A DNA stretch of 63,641 nucleotides, counting the filler, from Octopus bimaculoides (Eukaryota), in the NCBI RefSeq assembly GCF_001194135.2. It is 5 parts of 5 records of this genome, joined end to end, with 100 filler letters (N's around TTAATTAATTAA, not from the genome) between each part and the next. Parts side by side here need not be neighbours in the genome. Positions count along the whole stretch, not along the records: positions 62,204 to 63,641 come from NC_069000.1; 4 more parts are not named here. One strand, 5' to 3'. Below, one piece after another: positions 63,093 through 63,641 of this stretch (positions are counted from its first letter, which is position 1; the number at the start of each line of letters is the position of its first letter). The notes under the pieces are model-generated. The model ran no database searches. It saw only the letters and a list, made by a program, of their open reading frames with translations, and had not been told where the DNA came from. The position numbers and the translations under genes were made by a program.

Positions 63093-63641
63093 NNNNNNNN
63101 NNCACCACTATTACTTCCACCGTCGCTATAATCATGAGCCTCTCAAGCGAACTGCACTAAAAACATCGCCACCCTACACCGCACCACAACGCACATCACC
63201 ACTTCAAATCACCACCATCGTATCACCGCCAACACAACCAAAATATCGATGGCAGAAAAATATACTAACATTCAAAATGGCCGCCATTACAACTAGTAAA
63301 ACCAGTTACTTGCTACGATTACTACCCCGTAGCTATGTGCAGTTGTGACAAGCTGTACAACAGCTGATGGTGGGTCGGAAGCACCTGATATAAGACAGGA
63401 TTATTTATATTAAAAGAGATAATATTTTGAATTGCTACTTTTAATTAGCATCCTAATTATATCTTTTCGACACATCTGCTTAGATACACGTATCTTTGAA
63501 CGTATTCACACTGATGCACACAAACACAAGTACGTATGTACACACATGTTAACATACTTTTTTGAATATGTAATTCATATGTAATACGCGCGCGCGTAGA
63601 TATATATATATAAATATATATTTATATATATATATATATAT

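Overview
AT-rich, microsatellite-dense, gappy animal genomic DNA. The repeat families and gene structure suggest a coleoid cephalopod, probably Octopus; this is inferred from recalled repeat families, not from a search. Four identical 100-bp pads (N44-TTAATTAATTAA-N44, at 30849, 54942, 57240 and 62104) show that the window is five separate contigs stitched together, so adjacency across pads is unproven. The only confident host coding sequence is one 407-bp internal exon (18516-18922, +) encoding about four ankyrin repeats of a Patsas/ZDHHC13-17-like palmitoyltransferase. The rest is transposon-derived or simple repeat: several tRNA-derived SINE families, RTE-type tails, R4/Dong-like RLE LINEs beside (TAA)n, two internally deleted Tc1/mariner elements, a Helitron helicase remnant and several foldback/MITE-like elements. 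The most interesting signal is a near-canonical minimal type I hammerhead ribozyme on the minus strand (48657-48715). It sits in a ~400-bp TA-flanked module next to a 115-bp near-perfect palindrome, a candidate Penelope-like or retrozyme-like element. Other notable points: a sharp CpG-decay contrast between contig 1 and contig 2, a MITE-like element carrying (CCCTAA)6, and reverse-complementary repeats bracketing the ankyrin exon. All alignments and counts were made by eye, and repeat boundaries are approximate unless stated.
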